Source: Ptychomitrium polyphyllum
Lineage: Eukaryota
Direction of reading: 5' to 3'
DNA: 64,000 nucleotides
Assembly: GCA_973851085.1 (NCBI GenBank)
Contig: OZ316775.1
Location: 6,634,001 to 6,698,000 of the forward strand
Program-made: the position numbers and the translations under genes
Notes under the pieces: model-generated
What the model was told of the DNA's origin: nothing
The model's database searches: none
What the model saw: only the letters and a program-made list of their open reading frames with translations
Part shown: piece by piece, positions 13,534 to 25,845 of the stretch
Position numbering within the stretch: position 1 is the stretch's first letter
Layout: each line of letters starts with the position of its first letter

Positions 13534-15550
13534 GACCACTTACTCTACGAAGCAACCATACCCCTTATTGCAATCGTGATAGGAGAGACAGAACCCCAGC
13601 TGCAAAAACTTTATCAATATGCGGATAGAAGACCAGCTCTACAATTAATTAAGTCACGACCACCCACTCTTTGTGACATGGGAAACCAAGTTTTGAGGAA
13701 CGGCGTATCCTTCCCAAACATGACCAATTTCGACTTCATTCTCCTCGTGCTACTCTAACCGCCTCACCTCCCCTTCACAAATGCCTCATCCTTTCTGAAA
13801 TGCCAATACTCCGTATTTCATGACAAGAATGCATAACCGTCTTCATGCTAGACATTCGTTACAAGAAGTTGTCTGTCAATCTTGGTCGAGAGCCCTAACA
13901 AGACGCTAGTGGCCCCAACCCCCTGTTTCGTACTTGCGTGGCAACTTAGTCCTCCTTGCAGCCATACCTCCTCATTTCAAAACATGGGCAAAGCTTAGCG
14001 ACGTGTCCTTGGGAACCAACAACACCCAAGTTCACAATGCATTGCCAGTTCACAATGCATTTCGTCCAAGACCACTACTACATGCGCGGCTTCCTTTCCT
14101 AGTTCTTGCATAATATGTGGTTTGCATGCATGCATCACATCACCCAGAGATCACAAATGCCGCCACCCTCGACCCACGACGGCGATAGTACTTGGACAAC
14201 CCCGTCAAACCTCCTCGTCCAATTGCGGTCGCAACAACAATCCACGGATCTTGAACCCCGGCGATCGGAATACCACGCATACGCCCTGATATCACTCCCC
14301 TCTGGCTCCTCACTCGAGTAACACTGCCCTCCTGCTGTACGCATCTCTCTTCCTCACAAACCCCTCAACACCCAACCCAACGCACCACTTCCTGTCCGCC
14401 CACACCTACAATTGCAACCCAAGTGACTCCCCATCCCCACCTGCGACTCTTCTTCCAACACTCCCCGCACTACCCTGTCACTCTCCTTCGAATGCCCCTT
14501 CCCTCAAGGGCTTCACAACAACACGGCAAGAATCAAAATATCGGTGATGGCCACCGTCCCCGCATGTGGCTCCCGTACTGTAACTCACATAACTCAACAC
14601 CCCGCCTCGCCACCCCCGTAGCCGTCCATCTTAATTCTGTCATCAAGACACCACAAAACAACCACAACTGAGCAAACAACCACAACAAGAATCTTCCCCC
14701 TAACCTCACGAGAGATGAATGCACGGCGATCACTCCACTGCACTGCACAGCACTGCACTCCACTCCACGCATACACTCCTCTCATAGGGACAGAACGCCC
14801 TCACCCACCACGAACATCATCACCTCCATCATCAACCCCAAATCATGCACGAAACTCCGCACCCACGCTTCCGTGCACCGGGCACTCGCTCATCATCACA
14901 TGTGACACATACATCCCAGACACCACCATCTCCAAGGTAGCACCTTTACATCACCAAACAACCAAACCAACTATTCGCATATACTATATACTCACCTGGT
15001 TCAAATTGTGGAAATGCCATCCCTGCATATAATAGAGGTTGTGATGAGGTGACAATCTGAATGCACACATCGGGGATCATATCGCGCACCTCGCATTCTG
15101 TACCTGGTTCTTCGCATTGTGGTCTGTAAGCAGTGCAGCCCCCACTTTGTCCCACGCTCTGCCAAACTGGACTCTTGGGTGGCCTCTTGGGGGTGGATGA
15201 AGATAGTGGATGAATTTCTGTGTGAGTCTGTCCTTTTGGATGACATTTGGTAGTTGGTTTGATGCAGCTGCCCTGAGTCGTTGTCAGTGCTTGTAGGGAC
15301 CAGGGACCAGGAGGTTCTACCTGTCGGTGCAATACACTGGTGTGGATGAAGTTCGTGAATGGATTCTTTTCACTGGTCAGCTTATGGTTGTTGGATGGAT
15401 GGAGCTTGGAGGGGCAGTGGATGTCATGGTGGGGCCGGAGAGCGGGACAAGTCTTGGGAGACTTCACTTGGAGCGCAGGTGGAGCAAGGCTTGGACGGAA
15501 CAGGTTAAAGTCTTAAGTTTGCAGGCTTGAACGTGGTGTTGAAGTTAAAA

Positions 15551-15675
15551 CCGGAGACCGGAGACCGGAGAGTGGAGAGTGGAGAGTGGAGAGTGGAGAG
15601 TGGAGAGTGGAGAGTGGAGAGTGGAGAGTGGAGAGTGGAGAGTGGAGAGTGGAGAGTGGAGAGTGGAGAGTGGAG
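15551..15675. repeat. Heptamer tandem repeat: 15 x GGAGAGT preceded by CCGGAGA variants
   Basis: Perfect GGAGAGT array at 15567-15671, upstream of the F-box/kelch gene; it reads ACTCTCC on that gene's strand. Confidence 0.95.
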
Positions 15676-17537
15676 GATAAGAGCTTGAAGCCTGTTGCTG
15701 CAGTATTGGGGGATAGTCAGACACGAGCTGAATGTGGCTTGCACTAATTTCTTCACAAGAAGCACTAGGTCCTGTGCATGCATGACCCTGATCTCCATGG
15801 TTTCCTTTGTTGTGTTGATGGATGCCTGAGTGGATTGGATGAAGTTTAATGAGCACCGTCTATAAGGCTAAATTTGATAGGTGAAAACCTGGAGGCTGGG
15901 TGAATGATTGGCATCGAGATCCAGCAGAGAAGTTGTATTTGACTAGATTAGGACTGGGTGAAGAGTCTGGAGTGTCTGTCTTTTATTGCAGGATTAGCTG
16001 GTGTAAACTACTAATATTTGGCTACAAATTTGTTTTTATACAAGTTAGAGAATGACAAAGTCTGTGGTCCAAGGTCAATGGAATGACAAGAAGTTGGAGT
16101 GCAAAGTCCACCTATGTTATAAACAAAGTCAAAACTTTTATTTTCTCCTGGTCTGGTTTGTAAATGGTCACTGGTTGAAATAAATAATGTACGCATAATA
16201 TTCTTTTGCTAGATTGCCCTGCGATATGATGAACAGTACTCGTACTCCACATCTTCTCCAAGTGTTATAGTTGAATAAAAATTAAAAAATTATTCATTTT
16301 ATTTTTTTTAAAATTTAGCATTTAGCACATAGTTCAAGTTCAAAGGTGTAGGATGTTACATATGATTCCAAATACATCTACAATCATAGAGGATAATGAT
16401 CTAAAAGTCACGTAGATATTAGTTGATGTTTTACTTAGGTCCATTTATTGTTTAAATTCTATATGGTATATTTGTAAAAGAAAACAAATGATTATGAAGA
16501 ATTTATTTTAGAAACTTCTTGAAATATATTGCATGTTTTTAATTTGAATATTGTTCATTTTCTTCACCTATGAAAATGACATTAAGAAATTTTAATTAAT
16601 TCTATGTATTACTACTTGAATTGAAACAGCATTACAACAAAAGAATATGGGCCACAAACTACATAGAAATAAATTTCTTAAATGCTTTTTATTTGCAACA
16701 TTTATATCTTCTTACACTTATGAAAAGAAATACTTGGAAAGAATCAATGGTAATTGATAATAGTAGATTAAAATTAAATATAAATATGTTAGTGAAGATT
16801 ATCTATTTAATATATGAATTCCCTACATTAATACTAGATTTATTTTCAAAATGCAGATTTAATTATATATATATAAATCATAAAATGTTAATAATTTATG
16901 TATATAAGTTGTTTCAAAATTTGGATTTTCATGGCTATCAATTATATGTTATCACTATAAATTCAAGATAGGTGGTTTCTTGTGTTTGTTTCAATCAAAG
17001 TAATTAATTTTTTTACTTTGAAAATATTAAATTTGATCATAGAAAAAACTTTAAATGTATTGTATTATGAATCCCAAGCTAAGTCCACTTTCCTCTAAAA
17101 AATAATAGTTTTTTATTCTAAATCCATGCCTTTGAATCCAAATACAATACAAAAGAGATATAAAGGATTCACTTAAACTTGCTCTTCAAAAGTAATCAAT
17201 ATTATTTATTCTATTCTTTTTTTTATGCAACAAAAAACCTTTTTGTTTAAATTTTTATTATTATTTCTTTTATGTAGCATATAATGCTCAAAAAGAAAAA
17301 TCTTGCACTTATATTCATTTATAATTTACAAAGATCTTATAGAGCCAAATATGGCTCCTATTGGCAAATTGGCTTCAAAAATCCAAAAAACATAAATTCA
17401 AATAGTAATTTATTCTATATAGGCTCAATGCCATCTTAAACATCAAATCTTTAAAATAATCATTGTACAAAAAAAATAGTTTATATGACAATCTTAATTT
17501 GTCATCCAAAATGTTTGAAGTCAATACTAATTCCTTG

Positions 17538-18699
17538 TGTCAAACACCTTTCCTTCAAGAGTGCCTGCAACAATAAATGCACAAGGGAGTCTTCGGATTT
17601 ACATCCGGGACTTGTGGCACCAATAGTAAGGTGAACCGAGTGGGCCTAACGTGGAAAGAACCCCGAGGAGAAGAGATATCCTTGCCCATGTAGATTGAAG
17701 GCCACAAAGGAAAAATTGTAGGCTTTGGAAGACTCACAACAAGTTGATTCTATAATGCTGAAGATTGCTCAAATTGGACGAAGGAACTAAAAGATATGGC
17801 ACCCCAAAGTTGGGGCTACCAAGGGCTGTTTTGGACTATAGCAGCCTTAGACTATGACTGTGCTGGACTAGGACAATGTAGGGAGAGACTCTCCGGGAGT
17901 CCCAAATCTTGAAGAGGCATATCTCCTAGAATACTAAGTCAAATCGAACGTTTGAGGAGCCTATCGACATCTACGCAAAGAATAAATGACAATAGAATGG
18001 TCGCTCAATAGATTTGGACACCAAACATGGAAGATATGGCCCCTTGAAGGTCCGTAGGAAGTCTTGGAGGCTTCAAGCGGCTAAGTTCCAAAGGAGATCG
18101 GGTGGTCTTTGAAAGTTTTTGTTTTGTCGGGGTTCAGCCAGCTATAAAGGGCCAAGGGGCCTGTTGAATTCCAGAGAGAGTACTATAAGGGAGGACTGGT
18201 CCCCCTCCCCACTCCCCTAGTGTCCCGGTAGGAACCGAGGGTGAGTCCCGGTTCATGGAGCTAGTGTTGGAACTTCACCACGGGAACTCCCACACCATTG
18301 TGAGTTGGTAGGTGACCGGTTTCACGAAATGAACTAGTGAGACCAAAAGGATACGCTTGTTATCACTAAGTTGGAGTGGTATTTTCACGCCGGCACTATG
18401 GTGACCCGAAGTGGTCTTAGGATCACATGGGAATCATGTGTGGTAGTGAGGAAACACCACTAAGTGCAATTAGGCCGTGTAGAATGGAAGTAACACCAAT
18501 TGAGGCCTTGGACATGAATGGAAGTCCGCACCTAACTATTGGCTACTAATCAATTGGATGTCCTAAGAGAAATGGTAGAGAGAATTAGAATCCAAGCCTG
18601 GGACTTGGAGAGTAAAAATGGGGATTAACCATGTGCATGTGGAGGTGTACAGGGTTGATGTGCGTGACATTGTTAAGGTGCATTACAAAGGTTGCGACA
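17538..18699. mobile_element. Solo LTR of an LTR retrotransposon (1162 bp)
   Basis: Begins TGTCAAACACCTTT and ends AAAGGTTGCGACA (TG..CA termini with an imperfect terminal inverted repeat). It is flanked by an exact 5-bp duplication CCTTG (17533-17537 and 18700-18704), is more GC-rich than its flanks, and has no coding region. Confidence 0.85.
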
Positions 18700-21600
18700 C
18701 CTTGACTATTGAAAAGAAGGAATGGAGTTACTTTTTTTAGTCAATATGCCTTAAATTAATTTTTGTGCTAATTGTAGCCAAAATTACAATATACATAGTA
18801 TAAATGAACTGCTTCAAATTAATCAATTTGAAAAAAGAATAAAAATAATTGTTATTTTATTAAGACAATATAGAAGTTTAGCCTTATTTAAAAAATAATC
18901 AATATAATTGAACTAAAATTCCTATGTAGATGCAATTAAATAGCCAATTCAAATAAATAAATTGCAAAATATTATTCATTTCATAATATTATCACATTTT
19001 TCTTAACAATTTATAATCTAAATAAGGTCTTTATTAAATTTAAACTATTTAATGAATTATAGATTGTCCACATTCATAAAAAGACTTGTTTGTGTCAATA
19101 GAGTTATGATATTAAATTTTGGACAACACTATTATTAGTCAAATGAATGATATTTATCCATACATGTTTGTATGGATAAATATATCATAAATAAATTGGA
19201 TGATAGTTAGAATTGCATTTTGCATTTTGGGCTCTTCTAATTTAAAACCAATTAAAATCTTGGGAAGCATTGTAACAAATTGGACTTACTGGGACTAAAA
19301 TCCTCAAACAAATTGGTCTTAAAGGTGGTTTTTTTATTGGGAGCTTGCATCTTCAGTTTGGAAGGTATAAAGCCTTTTGTAGAATGGGAATTTGATACCC
19401 AGTGGTTCAGCTCTGGTTTTGGTGTTCTTGTTGCATTTATGGATAACCTTTGAACTAACAACACAACGGCTTCCAACTTACACCTTATGTCTAAAGACCC
19501 AGATGTTCTTATGTTCCCTAAAAAGATCATGTACGGATCACCAATATTCAGTGGCGAATCATTGTTCCCAAATGTTCCCACATAAGTTGCACATGTAATA
19601 CTAGAAAGCATAGGAGGATGCAAGCAATGAATATTCTGAAATTCCATCCTTCGGGTTTGAGCCCAATGCAAAAGCCACTCTAAGTTGTGCAGAGTTGGAA
19701 GAAGTCTAGGGAAGGGGATCATCTCTCTACAAAGAAGTACTGCAAAGATCACACTTTCTGATCCGGCGCTATCAGAATGTTTATGTATATATCCCCATAG
19801 TTCAATTGTAAACTGACACGGTGTTTGTCAATGCACTGTGACAAATCCAAGGCTTCATGTCCATGATGAGTGAAATACTTGCTCTGGAACCCTAGTGACC
19901 TACTATGAAATATGTTGTTTGGGATCAACAATGAACACAATCCTACACTTTGAATGTTTTCCCCCCTTTGTGAAGTTTTTGTCTGTGGCAATATCTCAAA
20001 TGTCTCAAATATCTCAAATTATGAAGTTGATAAGGAAGTTAATACCATTGGCAAAAAGCTCTCAGTACAGGGAGGTGCACATCCAAGGCTTCACAAGTTT
20101 TGAAGCTGTGAATGTTAAATATTGAACTTAAAAATATTCACATTCAAAAAAATTCAAAATTTTAAGAACCTATTAGAGTTGGCTTTTTTCATGGATTTGC
20201 ACAGCAAAACAAATTCATGGTTGAGAAAAACACCACATAGCATATTAGTGATGGTGAAGATCAAATAGCTTTGTTAGATGGAGTGGCAAGAACTAGTTTA
20301 CAGCATACTATGTGAGATTTCAATCCAAATGAATTAATAATAGGGAAGAATTAATAATATTTGAATGAATGAAATAAAAAAAAACAGCATGGTTGGAATT
20401 TGGACCTGCATTAGGTTGTTATTGCAAAAGTTATTTGTATTTGTATGGATACTAATTCCACCCCTTGTTTTAAGTTAAATGTTTTGGCTATCTTATGTTA
20501 ATTTTATTTGTGTGTTTCACTCATTATGTCTAAATGAAAAACTTACATAGAATTTCACAAGAATTAGGGCCTTTTGGGGTCAAATTTCAAATCCTTAAAT
20601 GCCCAAGCTTATAGCTTTTGGAGTTAACTTATAATTTCCAATCATTTGAACAATTCATACTATTAGTAATAGCTTGTGATATTTTATTAACTTAATTTTA
20701 AATATATGAATGTGTTTAGTACAAACCATAATCCTTTAATTCAATTTTTTGAGATTTTAAAATTACTTTATTTTATGATTGTAAAATGCCCCCAAGAAAT
20801 GTATTTTTAAAATTTTAAAGTTAAACAACAACGGAGAAGCATTATGGTAGATGGAAGTCATTTGATTTTACAATACTAAATAATAAACTATTCCACGGTA
20901 ACAGGTATTGAGTTTGTAATTGTGATAAAATATTCCTTTTAAAAAAAATCACAAATTTTAAAAACAAGTAGAAACTAATCTTCATTTAAACAGTTAGGCT
21001 TGAATGCAAAAAAATTTAAAATTTAGATAGCCAAAACTAGGATTCAAGAAGAATACTCAAAACTGTTAAAATACACCACATAATATTCCAAGTTTCACAC
21101 TAAAGATCTTATAAAAAGTTCAATTCAGAAAAAAACTCTGAGCACATTCTCAAGACCTTAAACTTTGTTTAGAACGGAGAATATTCTTCATACACATAAC
21201 TTGTTTTTGATAGACATCCAGCTATGTTTTACTTCTGAGCCACCATATTGTTGGTTTTCAGAGCCTAAACTCCTGGCCCTGTGTGGACATGTGGACTCGA
21301 GAGCCTCCTGTTGCCTATTGACTACAGCTAGCATCCTCTGAGTTGCAAGTCCCTGGCTGGGCCTGCACCAAGTCCTACAATTTTCAGCAACACATCATGA
21401 CTTGATAGCCTGTAATAAGTGACCCTGAGAGAAAGTCACTCTAGCCATTGCCAAGCTTAGTTGAGCCTGCCTGTTTTGGAAACTGCAATCCTGTCAGGCC
21501 AATAGTTACTGCTCAAATTGCATTATTTTACTGCTTGTGTAACAGGAACTTAGGGAGATGTCTAACTAGTTTGGTCAAATGAATCATGTGATTTCAGAAA

Positions 21601-21870
21601 CTAGGAAATTACAACAGTGACTTCATCTAAGATTTTACAGCTAATTATTAGCATGACAAGAAGAGACTTTTGAATTACAGTGTTTCCGCTCTTCATTTTC
21701 CAGCAAGATATTAAATCTGGCAAAGTATTATGTACAATTCAAGTTACATGCCAGAAGGATATACAAACTGGTTCTCCTGATAGTAACAACTGTGACTACC
21801 AGTGAGCAGAGCTTAGAGAAGTGGCAAGGATATCACTAAGCATATTGTACATTGGCCTGACATAAGCTCA

Positions 21871-21953
21871 GTAAGCACTGAAATTTGAACATGTTGAGTA
21901 GGCATTGAAATTTGAACATGTTGAGTAGGCATTGAAATTTGAACATGTTGAGT
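21871..21953. repeat. 27-bp tandem repeat, 3 copies
   Basis: GTAGGCATTGAAATTTGAACATGTTGA x3, contiguous; the first copy has 2 mismatches. Confidence 0.95.
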
Positions 21954-24900
21954 CACACACAAGGCCCTGTATGGTGCTCAGGTAATTTGGAATTGCCAAA
22001 ATTCATTTAACAGAGTTTGTCTTTTGGGGAATTGGTTGCAGCAAGATCCTGGCAAGCATAACTTGAAGATGTGGCTTCCTTCCTATTATAAAAGCCAACA
22101 TGATCCTTCCCATTCTCACACTACCAATATGATACTACAGTCAAACCTAGCTCATATGATGCTCAATTATATGGGAGCCTTCAAAGAAAAAGTAATATAA
22201 ATTCTTTAAAAAATAATCTAATAAAAAGGAATGGAATTTTATGCACATTGGAGCAGACCTAAACATCACTTTTTGTTTGATCCACCATTTTGCAAATTTC
22301 ACTTGAATGCATGAAAACAATATTCCAAAAGAATTCTGAAAATTCTACATTGATAGGTCATTCTTTATTTTTCACAACAAGAAAAGAGATTTTCCATGAA
22401 AAGAATTTATGCTCACTGCTTTTGTCTCACAAAGTAGCAATCATGAATTCTGCACTACCAGTTTCTCTAGTTCAACACCCATTTTATACTACAAAATTCT
22501 ATACATTGTGATACAACAATTGAAATGTCCATTTTATTTTACTATAGATGTGGTATGGTTAATTAGATCTAAGAGAAACAACTTCTGTTAAAAAAAAATT
22601 GTTTTGTTTCCCAAATCCATCATGTTAGAGGAGAACAAGAATATGCAGGTTCATGCCCATTGTGTTCTTTTTCTTGTACCATTATCTTCAATGTCATTCT
22701 CATCCTTTTCTTAGCCTACTTTCACCACAATGAACAATGATGTGTATGGTGAGTACATTCTTCATAACATGTTTCTAGTAATAATCTAGGAAGACAAATA
22801 CATGTTCATTCTAAGACTGTATACCATTTGAATATTAAATGTGTGTCATTTTAGAAAGTATTCCGTATTTAGAACTTTGAAGCAAAGGTACAATCATAAA
22901 GCTTGAAATATATAGATCTAAAAGTGGCCATCCAATTGACACACTTATACGTTTTTATGTGCAAATGGAGCCACATGACTAAAACTTAAGAAAAATTTAG
23001 AGGAATTATTATAGGATGGTATGCATTGAATCACTTGTTACAAAAAATATAAACTTGAAATTGCAAATAGATGTAGTGCAAACTAGGTTTACTTTTGTAA
23101 GTTTACAAGGTAAGTTGTAATTTCTGCATGGTCATTTCTGGGTGTCTGTGGCATAGATGCTAATATTGACTTTAGTGCTTTGGAACAAGATATTCCACTT
23201 TACATAATCATGCAAAGGATGCCCTCTTAAGCGTGCTTGCCCATTCTGAATTTCTGATGCCACAGTTCATATGGACAGTTTGGAGACTTGGTGTGTGTTG
23301 ACATCAGCAAAAGGAAAAGCTGGACTTAGTTGCGCGTCTTTATGACTCTTGGTTGCAGGACCCCATGTCTTTGCATGTATAGCCATCAGATCAAATCTTG
23401 TGTACTACCTGGATCCTACTACCTGAATCAGATCCTGGCATACTGAACTTCGAACAAATTGAACTGTAAATGTTATATAATTTAACATTCAAGTCAAGCA
23501 TCTGCCAGAACTTACAAATGAACTTAGTTTTGTTTGTACTTTATGTTCCACTAATATATACCATTGTCACACTGCAGATTGTTAAGTCACTAATGATGAA
23601 CAGAAATTTTTTGGAGAAAGGACCGAGGCTAAAGTAAACAGCAAGATTCTCCACAGGTTCAAATTGGGCTGATGGGAAATTCCAAGATGGAATGCTATGC
23701 TTCAACAGCTGAGCCTAGTCGGACATCTCTCAAGTGACAACCGATGTTGTGCATCATAATCTGCAGTCTGAGCAGGTCATGGTCAAAACCATATGCATGT
23801 ATTGAGTCACACTTCTGAAATGCATGAAGCTGGGCCTTGCATGTGGCTAGGACCTTGTGATAGCCTACCTTTCCAATGAATAACTTCTGGTGAAGTGGGC
23901 TTGAGGTCAATATCATTTCCAGTTCTAGTTCAACAAAGACGTTGATGTACACAGGTTTGTCTCATTTATGTTCCTGGTATGATAGTCATGAAACTCTGGA
24001 ATCTAACAGGCTTATTCTTCGGTCATATACGTGCTAATGTTCAGTATCAAGGGACCCACAGACTGTTACACCAGGATTATTGCAATGCATTATTTAGTTC
24101 ATTAAATTCATAGTGGAAGGTAGAATCTCCTAAAATTGAGTTTCTTTCTGTTGTAGTTATTCAAAGCACAGTAGTGTATGTGGAATCATTTTGGAAAGAT
24201 TAGCAAGTGAAAGTTGATAAAATCAATGTTTTTGAACAAGTATAAGTATATTGAATGCAAACCACGTGTCAAGAGAAGAAAAAGCTTTATAAACATTTAA
24301 TCAATGAAATCAAAACAACTAACATTTTATGAAAAAATGTGTAAAAGAGTCATTAATTGCAACTCAATTTCCTTTGGTTTTTATGGTGCTTCATTTGCAT
24401 TCTAATTTTAAGAACAAAATAGATAATTTTAGTTATTTTATTTTCCTCAAACATATCTACTTCCAACAATACTTAGGATGTTTATTCCTCCACTAACTTA
24501 CATATTGGATGACTTTCATATTGACCTTTGGAACTTATTTCACGTAATTTCAGAAAATGAAGTTTAATAAATTTCCAAATATTCTAAGGCAAATAACATG
24601 GCTTAAAAGACTTTCACTTTTTCATTAATTCAAAACATGTAGTGTGATCAAAAGTGCTCCTATGGTATATTGTATGACAAAATTCACTAGAATTTTGTTA
24701 TAATGAAATAATGAATCAATTATAGGACTTAAAGCCCTTTTAGACTTTGGATAAGAACTAATGGTTAATGACATCATTTAATGGTTTATAATACTTTTTG
24801 ATAAACCCTATTGACACCATCTTTGAAAGTTATGATTCAATTTCATCTTTCAAAAGTATAATGTCACTATTGAGCTTTTTTTGGGAAATGAAGGAATGTG

Positions 24901-25845
24901 TATGGCCAAATAATCACTCTTGCCTTGTGCTTGCATACATTCACTCCCGTACATTAATTATATTTTGATACTCATTTTCCATGTCATTTCCCATATCTAA
25001 AGAATGCTGTTTTGGATGGTGCATAGTCACATTCATTGTGGCTTCTTTACAAACATTTGTGGAGAGTAAAGCAAAGGAATGAGTCACTCCTGGAGACAGA
25101 CCTTAGATGGAGGCTTGTCTGCAATCCTGCAACAAGGGCAATCTTCAGCACTGAGAAAGGTTTAGGCTTTTCATGATAGACTCCTCTAGGCTAACTGGCC
25201 AAAAGCAGGAGCAAACAATCCTGCCATGTTGAAACCTGTGTTGAATGTCGTGTTGAAATCCACGTCGTTCTCGTCCATTTTCAACTGTCTTGGCCCTTGC
25301 GACATAGTACGAAGCATGTACAGCCAATTTTGAAATCCATATCAATCACATCTCTGGATTTTCTTGTCCTATCACCTGTGGCCTATGTCCCAAAGCGGCC
25401 CTAAAGCATAAATCATCAGGAAAACATGGTAACAATCAAAGTGTTGTAAAACACTCAGTGATTCGATTTTTAAATTATCTTACAGACTATCACATTGAGA
25501 ACTGCAAAATATTTTGCCTCTTGTACTACAATTGCTATTCTAATACAAGAAAGGTCTTCCCCATCTTGATCAAACTTGATATTGGAAGAGTTAAAAATAA
25601 GAAGCCCATTCACACTCAAACAAACTCATCTTGTGGAGCAGGAGGAATTTGAACTGGCTTCGAGCTCCTGTTCACAGAAATATTCAGGTATCTCATGAAT
25701 GTAACAATACGATGTAAAATATGAATCCAGGTGTACCGACTAAAATGTACAATCGTCTGACATCACAAACAGGTGCTCTATGGACCACTATTTACGGTTC
25801 ATTTGATGAAAGTGTCTCTCTGCGGGTCTGCAATACACTTCTAAA

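Noticed and set aside
15505..15856. ORFs with LHSPLST repeats
   Set aside because: They are translation artefacts of the heptamer tandem repeat.
21871..21953. 27-bp repeats as a CRISPR array
   Set aside because: The copies are contiguous with no spacers, there are no cas genes, and the context is eukaryotic.
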